Part shown: positions 48,882 through 62,089 of the stretch, piece by piece
Layout of the letters: each line of letters starts with the position of its first letter
How positions within the stretch are numbered: the stretch's first letter is position 1
Origin: Leucoraja erinacea
Lineage: Eukaryota
DNA length: 64,000 bases
Direction: 5' to 3'
Assembly (NCBI RefSeq): GCF_028641065.1
Contig: NW_026575759.1
Span: 62,001-126,000, forward strand
Program-made: the position numbers and the translations under genes
The notes under the pieces: model-generated
What the model was told of the DNA's origin: nothing
What the model saw: only the letters and a program-made list of their open reading frames with translations
Database searches by the model: none

Positions 48882-48909
48882 GACGTTTCGGGTCGAGACC
48901 CTTCTTCAG
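48882..48909 (-). ncRNA. Minimal hammerhead-ribozyme-like motif in a Penelope pLTR (representative copy)
   Basis: CUGAAGA-A-GGGUC-UC-GACCC-GAAA-CGUC matches the CUGANGA/helix II/GAAA/NUH core. Confidence 0.5.
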
Positions 48910-50999
48910 ATAAAGGTCACCTATTCCTTCGCTCCATAGGTACTGCCTCACCCGCTAAGCTTCTCCAGCATTTTTGTATACCTTTATTATTCCCACATCT
49001 GCAGTTCTTTCTTAAACATCTACATCCCTGAATTGTCACTGAATGTAAGCATGCAGGTACAGCAGGCAGTGAAGAAAGCCAATGGCATTCTTCATAACAA
49101 GAGGATTTCAGTCCTTCTGTAGGTGTACAGGGCCCTATTGAGACCACACCTGGAATAATGTGTGCAGTTTTGCTCTCCAAATTTGAGGAAGGACATTCTT
49201 GCTATTGAGGAAGTGCAGTGTAGGTTTACCAGGTTAATTCCCGGGATGGCGGGATGGAGCAGCTGGGCTTGTATACTCTGGAATTTAGAAGGATGAGAGG
49301 GAATCTTATTGAAACATATAAGATTATTAAGGGATTGGACACACTAGGGGCAGGAAACATGTTCCCGATGTTGGGGGAGTCCAGAACCAGGGGCCACAGA
49401 TTAAGAATAAGGGGTAAGCCATTTAGAACGGAGATGAGGAAACACTTTTTCACGCAGAGAGTTGTGAGTCTGTGGAATTCTCTGCCTCAGAGGGCGGTGG
49501 AGGTATGTTCTCTCTATGCTTTCTAGAGAGAGTTAGATAGAGCTCTTAAAGATAGTGGAGTCAGCGGATATGGGGAGAAGGCAGGAACGGGGTACTGATT
49601 GTGGATGATCAGCCATGATCACATTGAATGGCAGTGCTGGCTCGAAGGGCTGAATGGCCTACTCCTGCACCTATTGTCTTTTGTCACCTATCCGTGTTCA
49701 GAGATGCTGCCTGACCCGGTGAGTTACTCTAGCACTTTGTGTCCTTTTGTGTATTAACCAGCATCTGCAGTTCCTAGTTTCTACCTGCAATGGGTGTCTC
49801 AGCTGATCTGAAGAAGGGTCTTGAAACTTGTCCATACCCTCCGCAGATGCTACCTGGCCTATTTTATAGGTGTATAAAATCATGAGAGGAATAGATCGGG
49901 TAAATGCACAGAGTCTCTTGCTCTGGCTAGGTGAATTGAGGACCTGAGGACATAGGTTTAAGGTGAACATAGAAACATAGAAGGGAGACAAAAAATGCTG
50001 GAGAAACTCAGCGGGTGAGGCAGCATCTATGGAGTGAAGGAAATAGGCAACGTTTCGGGTCGAGACCCTTCTTTCGACCTGAACCTTTGCCTATTTCCTT
50101 CGCTCCATAGATGCTGCCTCACCCGTTGATCATCCACAATCAGTAACCCGTGCCTGCCTTCTCCCCATATCCCTTGATTCAGCTAGCCCCTCGAGCTCTA
50201 TCTAACTCTCTTTTAAATTAATCTAGTGAATTGGCCTCCACTGCCTTCCGTGGCAGAAAAATTCCACAAATTCACAACTCCCCGGGATAAAATTTTTTTC
50301 TCATCTCAGTTTTAAATGGCCTCCCCTTTATTCTTAAGAAAGAACTGCAGATGCTGGGAAAATCGAAGGTAGACAAAAATGCTGGAGAAACTCAGCGGGT
50401 GAGGCAGCATCTACGGAGCGGAGGAAATAGGCAACGTTTCGGGTCAGTCTGAAGAACGGCCTTGACCCGAAACGTTGTCTATTCGTTCTCTCCATAGATG
50501 CTGCCTCACCCGCTGAGTTTCTCCAGCATTTTTGCTACCTTTATTCTTAGTCTGTGGCCCCTAGTTCTGGGCTCCCCCGACATAGGGAACATTTTTTTTC
50601 CTGCATCACAGCTGGTCCAGTTGAAGGGGAAAGATTTAATAGGAATCGAGTGGTGACTTTTTCACACAAAGGGTGGTGGGTGGGTGGATGGAACAAGCTG
50701 CCAGAGGAGGTAGTTGAGGCTGGGTCTATCCCATCGTTTAGGAAACAGTTGGACAGGTACATGGATAGGACAGGTTTGGAGGGATATGGGCCAAACCTGT
50801 CCTAGGCAGGGACTAGTGTAGCTGGGACATGTTGGCCGGTGAGGGCAAGTTAGACCGAGGAGTCCCTTTCCACGCTGTGTCACCCTGCGACCCTCCGAGT
50901 TGCCCTTCGGCCCTTTTCCTGGTTACTAGCGCCTGCAGTCCCTAGTGCCGTACCCAGGTCCACCACTGTGCTCCGCCCAGAATTTCAGAACATGCACCA

Positions 51000-51385
51000 G
51001 GAAGATTTCCCCCTTTATTTCCAATAATTCGCCTCGCAACGAAAATCTGCTTGTCGGAGATTGTAAGCGGGTGCCCGGGAATAAATAAAATTGTCCCGAG
51101 CACTCAGTCAGTAACCGACAGCCCCCTTCCCTTCCTGAACCGCACCAACCCGGACTTCAGACCCGAACCGCGCCCCGGGCAGTTTCCCTTTCACCGACTC
51201 TCGCTGGCAAACTGGGAGAGAGGGGGGTCGCTTTCAGCCCCTGAAACCCACTCACTCACTCACCCGATCAATGCCCCGGCCCGAGACCCCGGGGGACTCA
51301 CGTCTCCCCCAAAAATGCCGTTCCAGCAAAATAGTAAAGTATTTTGCAGGCGGGGCGGACAAAGAGAAACTAAACAAGGCATTGG
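51000..51385 (-). promoter_or_regulatory. Candidate CpG-rich promoter and first non-coding exon of butyrophilin-like gene 1
   Basis: Unique CpG-rich island with CCAAT (51381-51385, - strand), ISRE-like AGTTTCTCTTTG (51360-51371, - strand), GC box (51352-51358), donors gtgagt at 51263 and 51301, ISRE AGTTTCCCTTTC (51181-51192) and kB-like GGGGAAATCTTCC (51000-51012). Confidence 0.55.
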
Positions 51386-54300
51386 CAAGGAAAGAGCATA
51401 TGATCTTCGGCGGCAAGAGAACGGGGCTATTAGATAGCAAAGGTCGACACCAAGTGCTTGAATGGGCCTGTCCCACTTAGGCGACTTGGGACCCGTCAGG
51501 AGAAGTATCCCCGACCCGAAACCTCACCCATCCTTTGTCTCCAGAGATGCTGCCTGACCCACTGAGTTATGGGCCTGTCCCACTTAGGCGACTGCCTGGG
51601 ACTAATTTTAATGGAATTCACCCACAACCTACGACAGCAAAAATTGTCGCCACTGTTGAAAACATGTTGAAAACTTTGTGGCAGGCGCCTGTTGTTGCCC
51701 AAAAAAATCGCCTAAGTGGGACATGCCCATAACTCAGTGGGTCAGGCAGCATCTCTGGAGACAAGGGATGGGCGAGGTTTCGGGTCGGGGATACTTCTCC
51801 AGACGGGTCCCAAGTTAACGCGAAATGTGAATCCGAAGAAGGGTCCCGACCCGAAATGTCACCCACCCATCCCTTTTCTCCAGAGATGCTGCCTGGACTG
51901 TCCAGAATTTTGTACCTCCCTTTAGTACAAAAAACAGCATCTGCAGTTCCTTGCTTCGAAGATAGACACAAAATGCTGGAGTAACTCAGCGGGACAGGCA
52001 GCATCTCTGGAGAAAAGGGATGGGTGATGTTTGGGATCAAGACCCTTCTTCAGACACAGCATTTTGTGTCCATCTTTGGTTTAAACCAGCATCTGCCAGT
52101 CCCTTCCTACACGTTCCTTGTTTCTACATGGGTTTGTTTCATCGCAATCACTCGTTATTGACCTACACTGCCCAAATGCTATTGATTTTAATTGAATATA
52201 TCATTCATACTTGTTTTCTGTATACTGTATACTTGTGTACTCTGGAATTTAGAAGGATGAGAGGGGATCTTATTGAGACATATAAGATTATTAAGGGTTT
52301 GGACACGCCAGGGGCAGGAAGGGTTTTGGCCCGAAATGTTTCCTATTTCCTTCGCTCCATAGATGCTGCTGCACCCGCTGAGTTTCTCCAGCATTTTTGT
52401 CTACCTTTATTCTTAGTCTGTGGCTCCTAGTTCTGGGTTCTAGATTTTCCAGCATCTGCAGTTCCTTCTTAAACATGTTCCCAATGTTGTGGGGAGGCCA
52501 GAACCAGGAACCACAGTTTAAGAATATTGGTTAAGCCATTTAGGATGGAGATGAGGAAACACTTTTTCACACAGAGAGTTGTGAGTCTGTGGAATTCTCT
52601 GAGGCCGGTGGAGGCCGGTTCTCTGGATGCTTTCAAGAGAGAGAGTTACCTAGGGCTCTTAAAGATAGCCGGACGGCCCACTGTGCCGTTATTCGTGTGG
52701 AGCGATTTCTGGTCCGGGCGGTATATAATCGAGCAAAAACGTGGAACCGGATCCATCACCAACTAGAGATGGGCAGTCCTCGACGATCCCAATCTTCCTC
52801 ATTGGAGAGACCTGCGGACTATCTCGATATCGACTTTATCTTGCATTAATGTTTATTACTTGCTGCTGTGTTTCTGTAAAGCTTGGACTACTTGGGAAAC
52901 TAACATCAAGCAGTTTCCTGCCGTTTGAGATGTGGGACCCAAAAAAAAAAGAAAAAACAACAAACCCTTTTTGTGCGACGTGGGTCTTCTTTGGTACAGT
53001 GACCTAACTAAATTATATTTTATCTACTATCAAAGAACATGTACCTAGTCAAGTTGGTTTTAATAATGTAGTGATAATATCCTGTCTCAACTACCGCTGC
53101 GGGGCCGCTACTCGGCTCCACAGAAAAACAAACCACAACCGAACAACGGACCAAGTGGGTAGATAGGAGTAAAAAAGGGGAATTCTAATAAATCATATAA
53201 GACCAAGAAATCGAAAACCCTTGGACCAAGGTTATATGCGGGTAGAATTCCGCCATGCGAACCCTCAAGTCTACTCCACCCTTCAATCCATGGCTGATCT
53301 ATCCTTCAACCTCTCCCCCTCCCTTGCTCCTGAATCGCGCCCATCACACGTCAGACTAAGCAGAATCTACCATTTCTGACATGAAAAAAACTTCCACGCC
53401 TTACGTGGCCTCCGAAGCCTTCTGTGGGAAGCACAACCCTCCGGATTCACAACCCTCTGACAAAAGACCTTTCTCCACATCACCTTCCAAAAAGAATGTC
53501 CTTTATAATTCAGAGACTACGACCTCCAGTCCTCGACTCTCCCACTGTTGGGAGAAAGGTATCCCTCAAATTCTTATTAAATCTATCCCCCCCTCCATAA
53601 CTTTAAACCTATATCCTTGATTCTCTGACTGACGAGTGGAAAGGATTGGGGATGTTGCAAAGATTGTGGGGGGGGTGAGGGACGGGGAGTCGTCTCAGTC
53701 TACTCACACGACCTAAGGCGGGAGGCGTTGTAACATTTTTGATAGATCTCGCGGTATGAATGATCTCCTGTGGTGTTCTGTGGCTGCATCTGGTGTGAAC
53801 CCAGTCTGTTGCTGTTAAGGTGCTCCTCCGAGTGTGACCAGTAAGCAAAAGGAGAGAGGGAGATCCCCGCCGAGAGCCCACCCCCCGTGAGAGAGAACCA
53901 ACTCTGCCCCCAGACGGAGCCAGCCTTAAACTGAGAGGAGACTTGAGAAGGGGAGACTGGGGTAGAAACCTGGGGCAATGAGGCTGGGGCTTTGCAGAGA
54001 GTAGGTGGAGAAAGGGAGAGAGGGAGGCAGGACTGCAGAGGTGCATACAGTGACGATACTGACCAGACAGCGTGAGGAGGGCCAGAGGGAGGGGAAAAAG
54101 GCCGGGGGGAGAAATAGAAACAGGCGAGAACGAGAAGGATCTGCAGGAGGGAGAAGGGGGAGAAGAAGCGGTGGAGAGCTGAGATGTTAGGGAGCTGCGT
54201 TGTCCTGCCCCTCCCAGAATGAGGAAGTGGTCAACTGAGTGATCAGCCTCTCTCGCTCATCTCAAGGGAGAGACATGAGGGAGCGAGAAGCTGTCAATTC

Positions 54301-55722
54301 TTGGACCAGACCAGTTTACTATCCAGGTATGTTAGGAGAAGGGCTCCCTCGAGACCTTGACTGTCAGGAACAGACAATATAAAATAAGACCATAGATATA
54401 GAGGCGTAGGCCATGAAAGGATCCTTCAAAGGCTCATGCAGAGAAGGGACATGGTTATGAGAAGATCATGATCTGAGTGAAGCAAGGGAATGTGGAGTGA
54501 GCCTCAGAGGGCCGAGTACCTCGTTCCTGCCTCTTCTTTGAGAATATGAAGCCCCGAAGGAGCAAGATTTTTAGGCCCCAAAAACTCACTCTCCAGGTCA
54601 GAAGTATCCAGAACAAAGGTCACTCCTCCTTTGATGAAGGGAAATTCCACAGACTCACAACCACCTTGGAGAAAGAAGTTGACCTTTCCTCATCACCGTT
54701 CTAAAGATGGTACTTTGACCCCAAAAATCATTCTTAATCTGGGTGAGCCTCTGAGCTTAAAGAGAATTCCCCTCAACTCGGAAGAAAGAGATGTTAGAAG
54801 ATTAGATAGCGAGAGGGGGAGAGAAAGAGAGGGGGAGAGAGTCCAGAGACTAAATAATCTTATATTTTTCAAGGAGAACCCCTCAGGGGAGATCAGAGAG
54901 AGAGAGAGGAGAGAGAGAGGAATATCCAACGGAGAGGGGAAAGCTCGGAAGAAAGAAATTTTTTTTTCCAAGAAGGGGAAAGAGAGAGAAAAAGAAGGCT
55001 CCATAGAAAAAAGAAGGGAAGCAGATGAAAGGGAGAAAGGGGGGGGAAGGACAAATGCCCTCCTAGCACGGGAGGACTAAACCTGGTGTAAAAGGGGGGG
55101 GGGCGAAAAAGGGGGAGATAGGAGTACTTTATCTCAATAGCAAGAATGGGTCAAACTTCCCCAAATTTGGAAGCAAAACTGCACATATTATTAAGGTCAG
55201 GTGTGGTCCATTCGGCCCTTAGAGCCATCTGTACACCTAATATGCCAGAAAGGACTGAACATCCGATCTGTTCTACTGAATTCTATCAAAATGATATTGA
55301 CAAATTATACTGCAAATGGTAGAGCTGCTGCCACACAGAGCCTGAGACCCGGGTTCACTCCTGACCTCAGGTGCTGTCTCTGTGCGTGTGGAGTTTGCAC
55401 GTTCTCCCTGAGTTCGCTGAAATTAAGACAAGTTTTAACCTTCCTCTATCGAATTGCTAAGCAAACAAAACAAGGGCTAACCCTTGCCTCCCGTACTTAA
55501 CAAGGTCAGCAGACTGGTGGTTTCTCCAATGTCTCCTTTGTGACATAAACATAGGAGAAAATTCAGACTGAATAGATTACGACGTATGTCATTAGGAGAA
55601 AAAAACAAAATGCTTGTTCTGCAGAAATATAACCTTCTCATATATCCATATATGGCAAACCCTTCCTCTATCAGAATAACCTGTCACTCTTCTGTCAATC
55701 TTCTAATGCTGTCCATCTTAAG

Positions 55723-57143
55723 GATGATATGATATGATATGCCATTTATTGTCACTATACATGTACAGTGAAACTGAAAGCTGCGCGTACTCAGTGCATA
55801 CATACAATTTAGCACAAAAAACAAGAAACAGAAAAAACAAAAACAGAAGGGAGAAGGGGGGGGGGGGGGGGGGGGGGATAGGTGCACAATTCTGCGGCGC
55901 TACATACATATATACATATATACAGATGGAAGTCCGGGTGTTGGGCAGTGAAGTCAGTGCATGTGTGAATTTGAATTAAGAGTAGTTATAATTCTCGGAA
56001 AGCAACTATTTCTGAGTCTATTTGTCCTGGATTTGATGCACCTATAGCGCCTTCCAGAGGGCAGCAGGTCGAACAGTCCAAACGCAGGATGGGAGCTGTC
56101 TTTGATGATATTCTTTGCCTTGCTATGGCAGCGGGAGGTGTAGATATCCATCAGGGAGGGGAGAGGGCAACCAATGATCTTCTGCGCTGTCCTAGATACC
56201 CTCTGAAGCCTCTCCCTGTCTGCCATGGTGCAGCTGCCATACCATGCTTTAATGCAGTATGTCAGCAGGCTCTCGATGGACGAGCGGTAGAAGGTCAGCA
56301 GCAGGTTAGAGTCCAGGTTGTGCTTCCTGAGGACCCTCAGGAAGTGCAGCCGCTGCTGAGCCTTCTTGATGACCGCTGTCGTGTTGTCTGTCCAGGAGAT
56401 ATCAGCAGCGATATGGACGCCGAGAAACGGTTCACCAGACTGATTCCTGGGATGTCAGGACTGTCTTATGAAGAAAGACTGGATAGACTTGGTTTATACT
56501 CTCTAGAATTTAGAAGATTGAGAGGGGATCTTATAGAAACTTACAAAATTCTTAAGGGGTTGGACAGGCTAGATGCAGGAAGATTGTTCCCGATGTTAGG
56601 GAAGTCCAGGACAAGGGGTCACACCTTAAGGATAAAGGGGAAATCCTTTAAAAACCGAGATGAGAAGAAGTTTTTTCACACAGAGAGTGGTGAATCTCTG
56701 GAACTCTCTGCCACAGAGGGTAGTTGAGGCCAGTTCATGGGCTATATTTAAGAGGGAGTTAGATGTGGCCCTTGTGGCTAAGGGGATCAGGGGGTATGGA
56801 GAGAGGGCAGGTACGGGATACTGAGTTGGATGATCAGCCATGATCATATTGAATGGCGGTGCAGGCTCGAAGGGCCGAATGGCCTACTCATGCACCTAAT
56901 TTCTATGTTTCTATATTTCTAAACCGGAAGGTGTTGACCCTCTCCACACACTCGCCGTTGATGTGTAGGGGGACTAAGTCGGTGCTGTGCCTCCTGAAGT
57001 CAACAATGAGCTCTTTTGTTTTCCTGGTGTTCAGAGCCAGATTGTTTTCTGAGCACCAGGTTGTCAACTTCAGGACTTCCTCTCTGTAGGCTGCCTCGTC
57101 TCCCTTTGAAATAAGTCCGACTACAGTAGTGTCCATCTTGGAT
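55723..57143 (-). mobile_element. Rex1/Babar-like LINE with a nested CR1 (about 56428-56920)
   Basis: DTTVVGLIS...AYREEV...KTKELIVDFRR and DSSHPAF...LPSGRRYR; (ATATC)n tail; 14-bp TSD CTGTCCATCTTAAG (55709-55722 / 57144-57157). Confidence 0.88.
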
Positions 57144-59358
57144 CTGTCCATCTTAAGAAGCAAGTGGCTGAACTAACATTATACGTATAACGTATTGCTG
57201 AATCATTGAATATAGGGATATGTATACATGTACTGAATCATTGTCTCTGTGTGTGGGGATTTCTCTATAGTGTGTTATCAGCATACTGTAAAGGGATTTG
57301 TACTACACCCCCATGGCGGATTAAAGATTACTGCTTATACTGATTTTATTTGCGTCTCCGTCTCTTTAAGCATATTTGGGCCACGACAAGACCTATGTTG
57401 GTTTTCTTAGGGTGCTCCGGTTTCCTCTCACACATCCCAAAGACGTGCGGGTTTTGTACGTTGACTGGTCCTCTGTAAATTGCCCCTGGGGTGTAGGTGG
57501 TGGATGAGCAGGCCCGTACAAAGCTTTCCAAAAAGGGGGGTGGCATGACAGGATGTGAAATAATGTGCGAGCTGCGCACATCACAAGCGCGAAGCGTGAA
57601 GTCACTCGATGCCGGGGTCCAGGGCCCACTTAAGGGCCCTGGAAGCTCTGGGGGTTTAGATGCTCTCTGATGCATTCTGAGCCTTATTTTGGAGCGTTTT
57701 TGCTCCAAATGTATGACCAATTTTTCAGAAATTAACAGGAGAGGTAGCTTTTTCCCACAATGCATGCTGGGTGTATGGAACGAGCTATGGAACGTAGTTA
57801 AGACTGGGGCTATCCTAATGTTTAAGAGCCATTTGGACACGTACATGGATAGGACAGATTTAGATGGATATATGGTCCAAACGCATGTGAGTGGGACTAG
57901 TTTAGATGGGACATGTCGGTCGGTGTGGGCAAGTTGGGCTGAAGGGCCTGTTTCCACACTGCATCATTCTATGACTAAAAACTTAAGAAGAAAAATGAAT
58001 GTATAAAAGTAGAGCAGATTTGAAAGAGGAGTGAAATGTAAAGGCAGAGAGAGGTTTATGGGTGGAAAGGAACATAGGAAAGGAGGGGGGAGAGTGGGTT
58101 TGGGCAGATGGGTGAAGGGAAAATAGTCACAAAGTGCTGGAGTAACTCAGTGGGTCAGGCAGCATCTGCAGAGAATGGAGAATATGAATAGGCGACGTTT
58201 CACAGAGTGCTGGAGTAACTCAGTGAGTCAGGCAGCATCTGTGGAGAACATGGATAGGTGACATATCAGTGAGTCAGGCAGCATCTGTGGAGAACATGGA
58301 TAGGTGACATATCACAGAGTGCTGGAGTAACTCAGTGAGTCAGGCAGCATCTGTGGAGATTATATTTCGGGTCAAGACCGTTCTTCAGTAATATGCATGA
58401 TGTAACATGCATAGACATTCCTGAATGTTACCCAAACCATCGTGAGCTACTTTGTTACAGTGCTTACCGGCTCGTAACGCTAACAGCAGGTACTCAGGAA
58501 GACTCGCTAACAGCAGGTAAGCTCGGGAAGACTCGTGAAGATTTTTCAACATATTGAAAAATATTGAACATATTGAAAAATGTCCACGAGAGCCCCGAGT
58601 AACGACGAGCGGCCATTACCGTAAATCTCCGAGTTTGAATCAGGGCAAACTCGGAAGAATTCTTCGAATGAACTCATACAGTGGGACAGGGCTTTAAGTG
58701 CAATAGCAGAATTAGTGCGAATGGGTAGTTGATGTTCGGCATGGACTCAGTGGGCCGATGGGCCTGTTTCCATGCTCTGCCTCCAAATTACTTCAAAATA
58801 TTCTGTATGTCAAAGATGCAAAAAAAGGATGCAGATCAGAAAATATTCAGGATACCAAGCGGTAGAGTTGTTGCCTTACAATGAATGCAGCGCCAGAGAC
58901 CCGGGTTCAATCCCGACTACGGGTGACAATAGACAATAGACAATTGTCCGATGCTGTCTGTACGGAGTTTGCACGTTCTCCCCGAGACCTGCGTGGGATT
59001 TCTCCGAGAACTTTGGTTTCCTCCCACACTCTAAAGAGGTACAGGTTTGTAGGTTAATTGACTTGGTAAAAAGTAAATACCCATTAATCTCCCATGTGGG
59101 ACCTTATCAAAGGCTTCCTCATAGTCCAGGTACACTCCCTCCACTGGCTCTCCCTTGTCCATTTTCCTAGTTACATCCTCAAAACATTCCAGAAGATTAG
59201 CCAAGCATGATTTTCCCTTGGTAAATCCAAGCTGACTCGGACCAACACTGTTACCGATATCTAATTATACTCATAGAAACATAGAAAATAGATGCAGGGC
59301 AGATGCTCTGTTGCTGTGACTCTGTGTCGAAACGAAGGTGGAATGATCTCTGACGTAC

Positions 59359-59643
59359 CTGATACCTGAATGTGAGCCTCTCGTGTTTGCCTCAGTAAGC
59401 GACTTCGCACGAAACAGGAATACCTGTTCACAGAATCGCTCCAGACAAAGATGTAGCTGTGGACAGTGATCAGTCCGCTGGAGTCCTCGGTGAACCAAGT
59501 GTCAGCAAGCGAGGTCACATCCTGTCCGCTCCCATCCCGCCACCGTATCTCCGGCTGGGGAAACCATCCATCAGACGTACACACCACACGCACTCCTTGT
59601 TCGGTGCGTTCTTCCAAGCGGATCCTGGGCTGGAGTCCAAAAC
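59359..59643 (-). CDS. Second butyrophilin/B7-family gene, IgC exon
   Basis: GFGLQPRIRLE...VRVVCTSDGWFPQPEIRWRD...YSCFVRS...EAHIQVS; 285 nt like the gene 1 IgC exon; donor gtacgt. Confidence 0.9.
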
Positions 59644-60876
59644 CTACTCAGAGTCACAGGGAGATAAGGTCAGAACCACGTAGAGGCATGGATTCATCGG
59701 GTCCTATTCCTGGGCGTGCACATCTCTGAAGATCCTTCCTGGTCCGAGAACACTAACGCAATTATCAAAAAAGCTCATCAGCGCATCTACTTCCTGAGAA
59801 GATTACGGAGAGTCGGTTTGTCAAGGAAGACTCTCTCTAACTTCTACAGGTGCACAGTCGAGAGCATGCTGACCGGTTGCATCGTGGCTTGGTTCGGCAA
59901 CTTGAGCGCCCTGGAGAGGAAGAGACTACAAAAAGTAGTAAACACTGCCCAGTCCATCATCGGCTCTGACCTTCCTTCCATCAAGGGGATTTATCGCAGT
60001 GGCTGCCTCAAAAAGGCTGGCAGTATCATCAAAGACCCACACCATCCTGGCCACTCACTCATCTCCCTGCTACCTTCAGGTAGAAGGTACAGGAGCCTGA
60101 AGACTGCAACGACCAGGTTCAGGAATAGCTACTTCCCCACAGCCATCAGGCTATTAAATCTGGCTCGGACAAAACTCTGATTATTAATTACCACTTTCTG
60201 TTATTTGCACTTAACCAGTTTATTTATTCATGTGTGTGTATATTTATATCATGGTATATGGACACATTTATCTGTTTTGTGGTAAATGCCTACTATGTTC
60301 TGTGTGCTTAAGCAAAGCAAGAATTTCATTGTCCTATACAGGGACACATGACAATAAACTCACTTGAATTCACTTGAACTTGAGATAAACAGAGACAGAG
60401 ACAGGGCGGTCTCGGTGGCACAGCGGTAGAGTTGCTGCCTTACAGCAAATTCAGCACCGGAGACCCGGGTTCTATCCTGACTACGGGTGATGTCTGTACG
60501 GAGTTTGTACGTTCTCCCCATGACCTGCATGGGTTTTCTCTGAGAACTTCAGTTTCCTCCCACAATCAAAGACCTTGTAGGTTAGTTGGCTTGGTAAATG
60601 TAAAAAAAATGTCCCCTAGTGGTGTTAGTGTGCGGGGATCGCTGGTCGGCGCTGACCCTGTGGGCAGAAGGGCCTGTTTCCGCGCTGTATCTCTAAAACT
60701 AAATTATAGAGAAAGACACAGAGACAAAAAGACACAAAGATACAGACACAGAAACACAGCCACAGAGACACAGAGACACAAAATCTCCTGAGGATTAACA
60801 AATTCATAATTTATAGGAGCAGTTTACGAGAATGAACTCTGGAATGATTGGGTTAGCATACAGTGAGCGTTTGATG

Positions 60877-61380
60877 TGGGGTCGCCAACTTTCTCACTCC
60901 CAAATAAGGGACAAAAGGTCAAAATACGGGACAAATTCCCGACGGCAATTCGTTGACTGACTTGGCCGTGGCTGGGTGAATGATGAGTTGGCCCCGGGTG
61001 CTGGACTGCACACAAAGCCCAGCCGGCGGGCCAGCTGAGGAGTTTTGGCCCAGGCCGCGCGCAAAGTCCGGCGCCCCGTCCAACTTACGAACCGATGATC
61101 AGCCGTGAGTAGGAGGGGTGGTGGTGTCGGCGGTCAGCGAAGGTCCGAAGGTCGGACAGCTGGCTGAGCTGACTGACGGACAGGGCCACTGGCGAGGTGC
61201 TGCTGCTGCACTCCATGGGCTGCACTACGTCGGGACGGGTGAGGCGGGGTCCGAACCTACAGTCCCCTCGACCCGAGTAGTAGCGGTCAAATACGGGACA
61301 AGGGCAGTCCCGTGCGGGACAAACTAATTTAGCCCAATATACGGGATGTCCCGGCTAATACGGGACAGTTGGCGACCCAA
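60877..61380. mobile_element. hAT (Tip100-like) MITE
   Basis: TIRs GGGTCGCCAACT / AGTTGGCGACCC with internal CGGGAC repeats; related end at 23853-23906; no TSD seen. Confidence 0.65.
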
Positions 61381-61420
61381 GGTATGGGGCCCAAAATAGT
61401 TTCCCACAGGTGGGACTCAC

Positions 61421-61762
61421 CTTCAACATCCAGATACAGCCTCATCTGCATGTGGGAGGTGTTGGTCCTGGTGGAACAGGTGTAGATGCCAGCGTCTGAG
61501 ACTTTAATCCGCATCAGTTTAAGTGAGGCATTCCGGCGGTGAAATTCTTCCCGAAAGAGTTCCGTCCTCCCTCGATACGCCTCGTCCTGTGCGTCAGGTC
61601 GATCCTGACCGCTGGAGTATAGATGTACCAGCGAACTCGATGTGAACCATCTCACCTCCAATTCGTTCAGGGCTGTAACTGGTTGCAACCTGCACTCCAA
61701 GAGGACATCACCACCCACTAGGCCAGTGAAGAGACTTCTTCGCGAAAAAACATAGGGTTCCT
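61421..61762 (-). CDS. Second butyrophilin/B7-family gene, IgV exon
   Basis: EPYVFSRRSLFTGLVGGDVLLEC...EVRWF...VHLY...AYRGRTELF...NASLKL...DAGIYTC; tttctccag acceptor and gtgagt donor; 342 nt, phase 1/1. Confidence 0.9.
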
Positions 61763-62089
61763 CTGGAGAAAGGCAACATATTAAACCAAGTGTGTAGGAA
61801 GGAACTGGTTTACACGGAAGATCGACACTAAACACTGTAGTGACCTAGCGGGACAGGCAGTGGCTCTGGGGAAAAAGGAGTCTGAAGAAGGGTCTCAACC
61901 CAAAATGTCAACCATTCCTTTCCTCTAGAGATGCTGCCTGTCCCGCTGAGTTACTCCAGCATTTTGTGTCTACCTTCCATATTACGCAGATACTCAGGAG
62001 CGGGCACGGTGGCGCAGCCATAGAGTTGCTGCCTCACAGCGCCAGAGACCCGGGTTCGATCCTGACTACGGGTGCTGCCTCTAGGTGCA

